The notes beneath the pieces were generated by a model. The model made no database searches and was not told the origin of the DNA. It saw nothing but the letters and a program-made list of their open reading frames with translations. Shown piece by piece: positions 16,987-25,279 of a stretch of 30,358 nt of DNA. Both the position numbers and the translations under genes were made by a program. This stretch comes from Myxococcota bacterium (GTDB taxonomy: Bacteria > Myxococcota_A > UBA796 > UBA2385): the NCBI GenBank assembly GCA_036126975.1, contig JAYYRS010000489.1:1-30358 (forward strand), read 5' to 3'. Position 1 is the first letter of the stretch. Every line of letters starts with the position of its first letter.

Positions 16987-17768
16987 AGGTGGCGCTTGTC
17001 GGTGCCGGACCCGGTGCGCCCGACCTGATCACGGTACGGGGGCTCCAGCGAATCCAGCACGCCGATGTCGTTCTGTACGACCGTCTGGTCTCTCCCGCCC
17101 TCATCGACCACGCTCCGGCCCACGCGCGTCTGGTGAATGTGGGAAAGGCGCCCGAGCGCAGGCGCTTTCCCCAGGCGGAGATCAATCGTCTGCTCGTGGA
17201 GGCAGCCCGGAGCGGCCTGCGCGTGGTCCGGCTGAAGGGGGGTGATCCCTTCGTCTTCGGTCTCGGTTCCAGCGAAGCGAGCGCGCTGGCGGACGCGAAG
17301 ATCCCATTCGATGTCGTCCCCGGGCTCACGGTTGCGGTTGCGCTTCCCGGCCTCGGAGGCGTCCCGCTGACGGTGCAGCGGATGGTCACGGCGTTCACCG
17401 TGCTGAGCGGCCACCATCCGCCCGGACATCCGGAGGCCGCGGACTTCGACCGGCTCCCGCGGAACAGCACCCTGGTCGTCCTCATGGGGCGACGCCATCT
17501 GGGCGCCATCGTCCAGCGTCTTCGCGAGACCGACTGGAGCCGGGACACACCGGTCCTGCTGGTGGCGTCGGGCACGACTGCAGAGGAGCAGACGGTGTCC
17601 ACCACCCTCGCGGACGCCGAGCACGCCGCTCGACCCCTGGGCGCACCGATGACGATGATCATCGGTGCAGGTGTCGCCTTCCGGGAACACCTCCTGCCCT
17701 GGCTGCATCGGGTCCATCCGGAAGAGCAGCCGTCCGCCTGGGGGACCGCACGGGAACCCGGCTCGTAG
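16983..17768 (+). CDS. Second SUMT-like tetrapyrrole methyltransferase with divergent catalytic motifs
   Basis: VALVGAGPGAPDLITVRG, VLYDRLV, VGK, VVRLKGGDPFVFG; but FGLGSSE replaces FGRGGEE and LTVQR replaces LTHR. Confidence 0.88.
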   Translation: MKVALVGAGPGAPDLITVRGLQRIQHADVVLYDRLVSPALIDHAPAHARLVNVGKAPERRRFPQAEINRLLVEAARSGLRVVRLKGGDPFVFGLGSSEASALADAKIPFDVVPGLTVAVALPGLGGVPLTVQRMVTAFTVLSGHHPPGHPEAADFDRLPRNSTLVVLMGRRHLGAIVQRLRETDWSRDTPVLLVASGTTAEEQTVSTTLADAEHAARPLGAPMTMIIGAGVAFREHLLPWLHRVHPEEQPSAWGTAREPGS

Positions 17769-17836
17769 ACGGGACCCGACGCCAAACCGCCGCTGACCTC
17801 GCGGCCCACAACGCTACCGCTTGTGAACCAGCCCGC

Positions 17837-17842
17837 TATACT
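17837..17842 (+). promoter_or_regulatory. -10 hexamer TATACT, leaderless-type position
   Basis: 6 nt before ATG 17849; no SD; no clear -35. Confidence 0.45.
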
Positions 17843-17848
17843 CGGGTC

Positions 17849-18604
17849 ATGCGCCCCATCCCACCCGCCTTTGCGCTCGGCTTCCTTGTCGCCAGCTGTG
17901 CTCCGTCGCCCAAGGCTCCACCTGCGGCCGATGACTCTGCACCCGCCGATGTCGCACCCGGCGATGCAGACGACGGCGGTACCGGGGACGTCCCTGCGAC
18001 CGGCGGCGGCGATGCAGGGACGAGCGGTGGAGCAGGTACGGGTTCGGGCGCGTGTACGGGTGGTTCGACCGGCAACTGTGGCGACACCGCGGGGACGACT
18101 GGCACCGGCACCGGCGCCGGTTCCGACGAGGGCGGGACAACGGGCACACCCGTGCCGGACTTCCGGCTCGCCGACCTCAACCCGAACTCGGTGCGCGCGG
18201 GCCAGGACGTCTCGCCCCGCGACTATATGGAGCAGGTCTCCGGCTGGTACTTCATCCACAGCACGTGAGGATACTGCCGTGGCCAGTTTGGCCACCTCAG
18301 CCAGATGCAGGACGAGCTTGCCGCCGAGCACCCTGACCTCCAGATCACGATCCTCGCCATCAACGAAGCAGGGTTCGAGTCTGGTAACGGCCGGGTTCCG
18401 GACGCCGGCGACCTCCCTCTCCTCCAGGACGACGCCACCGCTCGGGTCTGGTCTTCCTGGGGAGCCACCTACCGGGACGTGGTGATTCTCAACGAAGACA
18501 ACGAGCCGGTGTACGTGTTCAACCTGACGGGCCAGAGCCTCGGGGATGCCGCGAACTACGACACCCTGAAGGCCGCCTTCATTGACGCGGCGTCTACCCG
18601 GTAG
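17849..18604 (+). CDS. Probable selenoprotein: lipoprotein with Gly/Thr linker and thioredoxin/peroxiredoxin-like domain, UxxC (Sec140)
   Basis: ORFs 17849-18268 and 18305-18604 are in the same frame, separated only by TGA 18266-18268: ...GWYFIHST-U-GYCRGQFGHLSQMQDEL...ITILAIN...LPLLQD...VVILN. Lipobox LVAS-C. Confidence 0.85.
18266..18299 (+). promoter_or_regulatory. Bacterial SECIS-like hairpin
   Basis: Perfect 7-bp stem GTGGCCA (18279-18285)/TGGCCAC (18289-18295) with GTT loop, starting 10 nt after the TGA. TGAG can also pair with CTCA (18296-18299). Confidence 0.7.
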
Positions 18605-19657
18605 TCACCGGACCACGTTGAGACTCTGCTGGTCGACCACGAACCCGAAGGCAAGCTCGCGCAGGTTCCGCCCGTCGACGGTGGCGTCCCAGGGACCGTG
18701 CCCCCGGCCTTCAAGCGGGTGCATGGCGAAGGGCGCGCCCGTGGTCTCGTATGCGTCACGGAGCTTCTCGGCTTCTGTGAAGGGGACGGTCTCATCCTCG
18801 GTGCCGTGCACGATGCTCACCGGCGCGTCATATCTGTCGAACCTCGACTTCCCGTTGATCCGCTTCAGGATCTCCATGTGCGTGATGCCGCCCCAGTGAT
18901 CGATGATGGTGTGGACGTCCGCGCTCGATGACAGGTTGGTGGTCTCCAGGGTGGGGTCGTCGGCGACGCTGACATCATCGCGGAAGTCCTCGGGATTCGT
19001 CACGCCGAGCATGGTGGCGAGGTACGACCCAGCTGAACCTCCGATGGCCGTGATGTGGTCGGTGTCCAGCTGATACCGGTCGGCGTTCGCGACAAGCCAG
19101 CGGACGGCGGCCTTGGCGTCGCGCGCCGCTCCGTACATCCCCAGTGCCTGCAGACGCTGGCTCTGGCTCGCGTCACTCGCTGCGACCACGTCCATCCACG
19201 CCTGCGGCAGCGTCGCCCTGTCGGACGTGACCCGGTAGTCGATCGACACGGATACGAAACCCCGCTCCGCGAAGTACCGAGCGAACTCGACCGAGTTCTC
19301 GTTGGTCCGGGACCCCCCCGTGAAACCGCCACCATGGATCACCACGACGGCGGGCCGCCCCGGCGGCGCATCGACCGGCTCGTAGACGTCGAGGAGCAGG
19401 TCGACGATGTCATCGACCGGGCCATTCCACGCGATGTGCCGCTGCCCCTTTCCGTAGACCTCCGTGGAGACGGTCACCTCATGGGTGGACTCCGCCTGCA
19501 CGGTCGGCGAGCTTGCGTCCGCCTCGCCCAGTCCCGTGTCCTGGCCTCCGCCACTGCGGGTCCCGCAGGCGGACAGTGCCAGGACGAAAGCGAACCCGGC
19601 CAGGGCGGAACCATGTCGCGAAGGGGAGCCACTGCGAGAGCGTCGGGACATCAGCAT
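18605..19657 (-). CDS. Alpha/beta-hydrolase (carboxylesterase-type) lipoprotein
   Basis: HGGGF oxyanion motif, GGSAG nucleophile, HGTEDETVP, GHGPW; lipobox LSA-C. Confidence 0.9.
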   Translation of the reverse strand: MLMSRRSRSGSPSRHGSALAGFAFVLALSACGTRSGGGQDTGLGEADASSPTVQAESTHEVTVSTEVYGKGQRHIAWNGPVDDIVDLLLDVYEPVDAPPGRPAVVVIHGGGFTGGSRTNENSVEFARYFAERGFVSVSIDYRVTSDRATLPQAWMDVVAASDASQSQRLQALGMYGAARDAKAAVRWLVANADRYQLDTDHITAIGGSAGSYLATMLGVTNPEDFRDDVSVADDPTLETTNLSSSADVHTIIDHWGGITHMEILKRINGKSRFDRYDAPVSIVHGTEDETVPFTEAEKLRDAYETTGAPFAMHPLEGRGHGPWDATVDGRNLRELAFGFVVDQQSLNVVR

Positions 19658-19664
19658 GGGCGGC

Positions 19665-19670
19665 AGTCTA
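19665..19670 (-). promoter_or_regulatory. -10 hexamer TAGACT, leaderless-type position
   Basis: 7 nt upstream of ATG 19657 on the minus strand; no SD. Confidence 0.4.
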
Positions 19671-19783
19671 GCCCAGACCGGCCTCGGAGGTGGGCCCCCG
19701 GGGCCCGGCAGCCCGCACAGGACCCCGGTGTGCACCGATGCGGCGACGCATCTTGCGACGTGTCGCAGTACGCCACCCTCCGA

Positions 19784-21292
19784 TCAATCCGCTGGCGTCC
19801 AGCGGAGCACCTGGCGGGGCTCGACCGGGCCTTCCAGCACGGCCCGGCCACGCCACGGGACATCGAGTACAACCCGGTCGATGGACTCCGCATCCCCGAG
19901 GCCCATGTGGGCATGGATCGGCGTGGTCGTCGAGAATCCCGGCTGACCGGTAATAAGCGCAGCCCAGGTGCGGCCGCCGGCGGTCACGCGGACGGCGCTT
20001 CCCTCTGGCGCCACCACCTCGAGCCACGCCGCATCCGTGCAGCCCGTGCTCTGGTAGATCCGCGGCGCCTCGTCCAGCATTCCCCACACGAGGTCCAGCA
20101 CGCCGTCCCCGTTGAGGTCCAGCACTGCCACGTTCCGCGAACCTCCGGGTGGCGATACGCCCCAGGGGTCGGAGGTGAGGACGCCCGGCGTCGCCTGCCG
20201 GAGCACTTCGGCCTGACTGCTGCCATCCTCGGCACCGGAGAACCCACTGCGCGCCATCACCAGATCGGGGAGCCCATCGTTGTCGAGATCGCTGACCGCC
20301 GTACCCCAGCCCATGCTCTCCTCGGCCAGGGCGGGAGCACCCCAAGCGCTGGCGACGTCCACATAGCCATCGTCTCGCGCAAGGAGCAGGGCCGTGCGCA
20401 GGCTTCCGCTCAGCCAGAGGTCGAGCACCCCGTCTGCATCCACGTCGCCTGCGGAGACGGACATGCAGGCCATGGCGAGCCCGGCGCCCGGCGGTGTGTC
20501 GTCCACAAGGGAGCCGCTCCCGTCATTCACCAGCAGGCGATTGGCCCCGAAGTCCGGTCCGTGGTCGTTGCACGCATAGACGTCCGGGATGTCGTCTCCT
20601 GTGAGGTCCGCGATGAGATGGTCGAATGCCTGCCCGATGCCTGCCGTCCCGTCCCCCACGCGATGCGAGCGGCGCCAGGCCGCTCCCGCGCCCTCCCAGA
20701 CCTCGAGTCCACCCCAGGACCCGTCCCAGAGACTGAGCAACAGCTCATCCTGCCCGTCGCCGTCGAGGTCCACGAGGCTGGCGTCCCGATAGCGGGTCTC
20801 GTCGTCCGGCTCTGCGAGGGTGAGCCCCTCCGCGGGCGCGCCCGTCCAGTCCGGCTGCACCGTGAGGTCACCCGCCAGCGGAATGAGGTCGGGACGACCA
20901 TCTCCAGCGAGGTCCAGCAGCGCAAGCTGGGGCGTCACGATGTCGCGATCCCAGACCTGTACCGAACCGTCGGGCGACCAGGTCTTGATCGCCTCGAACC
21001 CCATCGATGCCGTCAACCACCAGCCAACTTCGCCGGGGAGCACCGACAGCCCTCCGTTCTCGAAGCGTCCCAGAGGCTGCGGTCCGGCCTCCAGGGTCTC
21101 GGAGACATCCGTCCATGCCGGTGCCGTGGGCGCATCGCACCGCCGCGTTTCGCCCAAGACCCAGCTGCCGGCAGCCGTCCGGGCAGGGGCGCCGCTGTCT
21201 CGCCCAGCGGTGTCCTGCGCCGTGGGCGCGCGCGCGCCCGACGGCAGCGAACACGCCATGCAGGGAAGGCACCAGGCGACGACGAAACGCAT
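19784..21292 (-). CDS. CRTAC1/ASPIC-UnbV-like FG-GAP/VCBS repeat protein, probably exported
   Basis: Repeated D[LV]DGDG..D motifs, MGWGTAVSDLDNDGLPDL, C-terminal WLEV...G..V...HMGLG (ASPIC/UnbV-like). Confidence 0.85.
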   Translation of the reverse strand: MRFVVAWCLPCMACSLPSGARAPTAQDTAGRDSGAPARTAAGSWVLGETRRCDAPTAPAWTDVSETLEAGPQPLGRFENGGLSVLPGEVGWWLTASMGFEAIKTWSPDGSVQVWDRDIVTPQLALLDLAGDGRPDLIPLAGDLTVQPDWTGAPAEGLTLAEPDDETRYRDASLVDLDGDGQDELLLSLWDGSWGGLEVWEGAGAAWRRSHRVGDGTAGIGQAFDHLIADLTGDDIPDVYACNDHGPDFGANRLLVNDGSGSLVDDTPPGAGLAMACMSVSAGDVDADGVLDLWLSGSLRTALLLARDDGYVDVASAWGAPALAEESMGWGTAVSDLDNDGLPDLVMARSGFSGAEDGSSQAEVLRQATPGVLTSDPWGVSPPGGSRNVAVLDLNGDGVLDLVWGMLDEAPRIYQSTGCTDAAWLEVVAPEGSAVRVTAGGRTWAALITGQPGFSTTTPIHAHMGLGDAESIDRVVLDVPWRGRAVLEGPVEPRQVLRWTPAD

Positions 21293-21415
21293 TCCTGCGC
21301 CCTAACCCCGACCGAGACGGACGGAAGACCGGACCATCAGGGCGTTGCCGGGACCGGCCGGGGCGTGCCCGCCGATGGTCGGCCCCGCGGGCCGATGCGT
21401 ACCCAGCGAAGACGA

Positions 21416-22453
21416 CTACCCCTTCCCCACGCGCCATACGAGCACACCGCCTTTCGCGTCCAGGCCTGCCAGGGCGCGGTCGTCGGGGCGCCACGCGAGC
21501 CCGCTCACCCGGTCACCCAGGAGCGCCGCGCCCACCGCAGCTCCCTCTCCATCGCCCGCGACCGTCCAGACGACCACGCCCCCGTCGCGACCGCCCGAGG
21601 CGAGTCGCCGCCCCCGGTGGGAAAACTCCAACGTCGTGATGGGGAGGACATGCAGCTTCAGCGAACCGGGGCGTGTGCCCTCGGGACCATCCCCCTCGAA
21701 GCTCCAGACGGTGACGATCTCCGCGCCACCGGTGGCGAGCAGTTTGCCCGAAGCGTCGAATGCCAGCGCGGACGGTTTGCCAAAGTACCCACTCATCATC
21801 GAGTCTTCGCCCGTGGACCGGCGCCAGAAATGCACGGAATTGTCCTGGCTCCCACACGCCACGATCTCGCCGTCGGGGCTCAGCGCCATCGATACCAGGG
21901 AGCCCTTCCATTCCAGCTTCTCCAGCAACGACCCGCTGGATGCGCCCAGAAAGGCCACGCGCCCGTAGCACGCGGTCGCGAGCTGCTCGGAGCCCGCCCA
22001 GGCGATGGCGCTGACGGTGCTGGGATGTTCCTCGGACTGCCAGGCCTGGTTCCCTTCGCGGTCGAACACGTGGACCCGACGGGACATCACGACCGCCAGA
22101 TACCGACCATCCGGCGACCACGCCAGGTGCTCCACCCAGCCGCGCCCGACCTCGACGGATCGTTCCATCGTGCCGTCACTGGCCCGCCAGTACCGGACGT
22201 GTCCATCCTGGCCCGCCGTGGCGAAGAGATCCCCGTCGGGGTGAGCCGCCATTGCGAGCAGCCCCTGCCCATGGCTGTCCGCATGCTTCCAGCGCACCGC
22301 GCCGGATGTGCCTTCAAAGCCGAACAGCCCGCCAGCGACATCGCCGACGACCAGCAGGGAACCGCCGAGGGCCCAGTGGCATGCGATGGCGTAGTCATCG
22401 ACCGTCGCGGCCCATCCGCGCCGGAGTACACCTCTGGCGACCGCGCCACTCAC
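21416..22453 (-). CDS. WD40-repeat beta-propeller protein
   Basis: Repeats such as ATAGQDGHVRYW, LAWSPDG..LA, ACGSQDNSVHFW, LASGGRDGGVVVW. GTG 22453 overlaps the upstream TGA (GTGA). Confidence 0.9.
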   Translation of the reverse strand: MSGAVARGVLRRGWAATVDDYAIACHWALGGSLLVVGDVAGGLFGFEGTSGAVRWKHADSHGQGLLAMAAHPDGDLFATAGQDGHVRYWRASDGTMERSVEVGRGWVEHLAWSPDGRYLAVVMSRRVHVFDREGNQAWQSEEHPSTVSAIAWAGSEQLATACYGRVAFLGASSGSLLEKLEWKGSLVSMALSPDGEIVACGSQDNSVHFWRRSTGEDSMMSGYFGKPSALAFDASGKLLATGGAEIVTVWSFEGDGPEGTRPGSLKLHVLPITTLEFSHRGRRLASGGRDGGVVVWTVAGDGEGAAVGAALLGDRVSGLAWRPDDRALAGLDAKGGVLVWRVGKG

Positions 22454-23799
22454 GTGAGACACGCGTCGAATCCCTGCCGGATGCCCTCCTCATCGAGGTT
22501 GCGACCGATGAAGACAAGCTGGTTGCGGCGCACTGCGTCTCCCCATGGCTTGTCCGGCTGCCCATCAAAGAGCATGTGGACGCCCTGGAACACGAATCGC
22601 TCCGCGGCACCCGCGATGCTGATGAAGCCCTTCATGCGGAAGATGTCCGTTCCACTTTCCCGGAGCAGCGCACCCAGCCAGCTGTTGAGCTTCTCCTGAT
22701 CGACATCGCCATCGCGCTCGATCGCAAACGAGCCGACCTCGTCATCATGCTCGTGCTGCGCCACCCAGATGCGCTCCACCGAGGGGGTCACCGGGGAATC
22801 TTCCCCCACCCGAACCACGTGCAGGTCGAACTCCTCTGCTGTGTGCTGCGCAAACAGCCCGACCTGCATGGGTGCCTCGACGTTCAGGAAGAACGACTTG
22901 CGCCCAGCCGCATCCAGCTGGAGGCTGACATGCCGCCCCAACGCGAGGTCGCCACCCGGAGCCACCGTCTCGGCTGGCTCCGCGTATCGACGCACACACC
23001 ACTCCGCGCCCTCTCGCAGCGCGCTGTCTTCACCGGACTGGTTCTCGACGATCACCAACGACATCGAGGGGTCTGGGCCCTCGGCGAGGCTGACCGCATG
23101 GCGTCCCGGCTGGAGTGCGTAGGTGCCGGTCCACTCGAACGGATACTCGGGCTCGAGGAACGTGGGCCGCCGCTCAAGCATGGAGTCGAGGTCGAACGCG
23201 CTCAGGTTGAGGACCGTCTCGATGGGAATGTCTGCATTCTCGGAGCGAACCACACGGGCCATCCGGTTCATCTCCCGGAGCCTCGCCTCCAATGCGTCCA
23301 GCGCTTCGTTGTCGACGAGGTCGGTCTTGTTCAGCACCATCACGTCAGCGAACGCGATCTGCTCTGTGCTCTCGTCGCTTCTCCCCAGCTGCTGGTTGAT
23401 GTGGGCGGCATCCACCAGCGTCACGATGCCATCCAGGGCGAACTCCGACCGGATCTCGTCATCCATGAAGAACGTCTGTGCCACGGGACCAGGGTCCGCG
23501 AGGCCAGTCGTCTCGACCAGCACGTAGTCGAACTTGTCGCGCCGCTTCATCAGGTTGCCCAGGACCCGGATGAGGTCACCACGGACGGTGCAGCAGATGC
23601 ACCCATTGGACATCTCGAAGATCTCTTCGTCCGCGTTGATGACGAGGGCCTGATCGATCCCCACCTCCCCGTACTCGTTCTCGATCACGGCGATCCGCTT
23701 CCCGTGCTCTTCGCGGAGGATGCGATTGAGCAGCGTCGTCTTGCCCGACCCCAGGAACCCCGTGAGGATCGTGACTGGCACCTTGGACTGCGTCTCCAT
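22450..23799 (-). CDS. COG0523/CobW-family G3E GTPase (metallochaperone) with an internal insertion
   Basis: GFLGSGKT Walker A, NEYGE, GCICCT (CxCC), ETTGLADP, NKTD, C-terminal CobW_C (FRMKG...FQGVH...LVFIGRNL). ATG 23799 with GAGAGG SD. Confidence 0.93.
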   Translation of the reverse strand: METQSKVPVTILTGFLGSGKTTLLNRILREEHGKRIAVIENEYGEVGIDQALVINADEEIFEMSNGCICCTVRGDLIRVLGNLMKRRDKFDYVLVETTGLADPGPVAQTFFMDDEIRSEFALDGIVTLVDAAHINQQLGRSDESTEQIAFADVMVLNKTDLVDNEALDALEARLREMNRMARVVRSENADIPIETVLNLSAFDLDSMLERRPTFLEPEYPFEWTGTYALQPGRHAVSLAEGPDPSMSLVIVENQSGEDSALREGAEWCVRRYAEPAETVAPGGDLALGRHVSLQLDAAGRKSFFLNVEAPMQVGLFAQHTAEEFDLHVVRVGEDSPVTPSVERIWVAQHEHDDEVGSFAIERDGDVDQEKLNSWLGALLRESGTDIFRMKGFISIAGAAERFVFQGVHMLFDGQPDKPWGDAVRRNQLVFIGRNLDEEGIRQGFDACLT

Positions 23800-23973
23800 T
23801 TCTGTCCTCTCTGTTGCTCGTTCCATGAACCATCTGGCGTGGTTGCGCGACCGTCTCCCGCACCCTGCTCCGTTGTCTTCCGCACTCCCGACTCATGGCC
23901 CGCTCGGCGCCATCTTCGCAGCCGGACGCCCGAGGACCGCAGAGCCGGAACCGCATCGCAACGGCCCGACCCC

Positions 23974-24900
23974 CTATCCGTCGGGTGACGCAGTGCGCTC
24001 TTCCGTCACCAGCCGCTGCCAACTGCTGCCCGCCACGAACCCGAGGCCGAACAGGACGATGATCGTCATCGCGAGGCCGAACTCACCCTGACTGAAGTCC
24101 ACGATGCTGTCGGTGGGTGGTCGCCCAGCGGACTCTGCCACGGCCCCGAAGACCGTTCCGTCGATGCCCTCGTACCCGCAACCGGCCAGCGTGGTGACGA
24201 GCAGCACCAGCAACAGCGATGCGCCCGTGGAGGTCGGGGTCCGGAGCCCCCGCAGCGAGGCCGGCAACAGGTCGGGCCGTCGTCCCGCGAGCACGCGGAC
24301 AATCCCGACCGAGGCGACGGCCTCGACCAACGCGAGCGGTCCCTGGACCGGCGCGAACCCGACCAGCACACCCGCAAACGTGGTGGACGGTCGGACCGCG
24401 TCCGACAGCGCGGCCGCCAACACCAGCGCATCAGCCAGATACACCCCCAGATCGCCCGCCAGGCACGCCGCTGCGAGCCCATAGACGTTGCCCGCACCGA
24501 GTCTCTGCAGCGCACCCCAGACGCCCACGGCGATCAGCGGTCCGAGCAGGCCCAGCGTCAGCGTGTTGACGCCAAGCGTGGTCAGACCCCCATGCGCGAA
24601 GAACAGCGCCTGCAGGAGGAGCACGAAGAACGTCGGCCATATGATCCGCCGGACGCCGACGACGAGGGCGAGCAGCGGCGTGAGACAGAGGTGACTGGTG
24701 GCACCCAGGACCGGAATCGGCAGGGGCAGAAGCGTGACCGCGAACAGCAGACTGGTCGCCCCCGCCATCACCACGGAGGCGGACGAGCTGTCGCTCCGCG
24801 CGCGCTGCTCGCCGCGGATGCTCCACGCGAGGGCCGGAATGGCAGCGGCAGACCATCCGAGTGCCTGGACCAGTGGAATGGTTCCCTCGGCGAGATGCAC
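23974..24900 (-). CDS. cbiM: ECF cobalt/nickel transporter S-component CbiM fused to a CbiN/NikN-like C-terminus
   Basis: N-terminal MHLAEG metal-binding start, TSHL, QALFFAHGGLTTLGVN; C-terminal TM-GIDGTV..AE.AGR-loop-TM ending GFVAG..WQRL. GGAGG SD. Confidence 0.85.
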   Translation of the reverse strand: MHLAEGTIPLVQALGWSAAAIPALAWSIRGEQRARSDSSSASVVMAGATSLLFAVTLLPLPIPVLGATSHLCLTPLLALVVGVRRIIWPTFFVLLLQALFFAHGGLTTLGVNTLTLGLLGPLIAVGVWGALQRLGAGNVYGLAAACLAGDLGVYLADALVLAAALSDAVRPSTTFAGVLVGFAPVQGPLALVEAVASVGIVRVLAGRRPDLLPASLRGLRTPTSTGASLLLVLLVTTLAGCGYEGIDGTVFGAVAESAGRPPTDSIVDFSQGEFGLAMTIIVLFGLGFVAGSSWQRLVTEERTASPDG

Positions 24901-24961
24901 GGTGGACCTCCGGTAGCCAGGGCAGCGCGTACCCGTGCCTGGGATGACAGGGTCGTCCCGG

Positions 24962-24990
24962 ACGGTATTGCCGCGGCGTCACCTTCGCAA
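24962..24990 (-). promoter_or_regulatory. Sigma70-like promoter of cbiM
   Basis: TTGCGA (24990-24985), 17 nt, TACCGT (24967-24962), about 60 nt upstream of the start. Confidence 0.55.
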
Positions 24991-25279
24991 GTCAGGTGTC
25001 AGGCCAGCGGGATGCCGCCATCCGGTGCTGGCGCAGACCGCCACACAACCCCGCGCCGCTGGGAGGGCGCCGGAAGGTCGCGGAGCGAAACCCTGACCCA
25101 GGGCCGAGGCGGATGCCGAATCCCCCGCCCCTCCGCCGCGTGCATGGCCTCGCCCATGCGACGCGGGCCGCGCCTCTCGCGCCCCGGGTCCGACCTGGAA
25201 ACTCCGACTTGGCCAGGGTGGAAAATGGGTAATGACTGTCTCAGGGATTCCGAGGCCACGATGACACCACGAGACCGCC

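Noticed and set aside
17940-18150. Gly/Thr-coding repeats as a tandem DNA repeat or CRISPR array
   Set aside because: Low-complexity protein linker with no constant repeat-spacer structure.
19055-22699. 1214-aa plus-strand ORF
   Set aside because: It spans the antisense of four recognisable minus-strand genes and its Arg/Pro-rich composition indicates a shadow frame.
24901-25279. Cobalamin or NiCo riboswitch upstream of cbiM
   Set aside because: No AGGGAA/GCCACTG/GGGAAG set on the minus strand, and the predicted leader is only about 55 nt.
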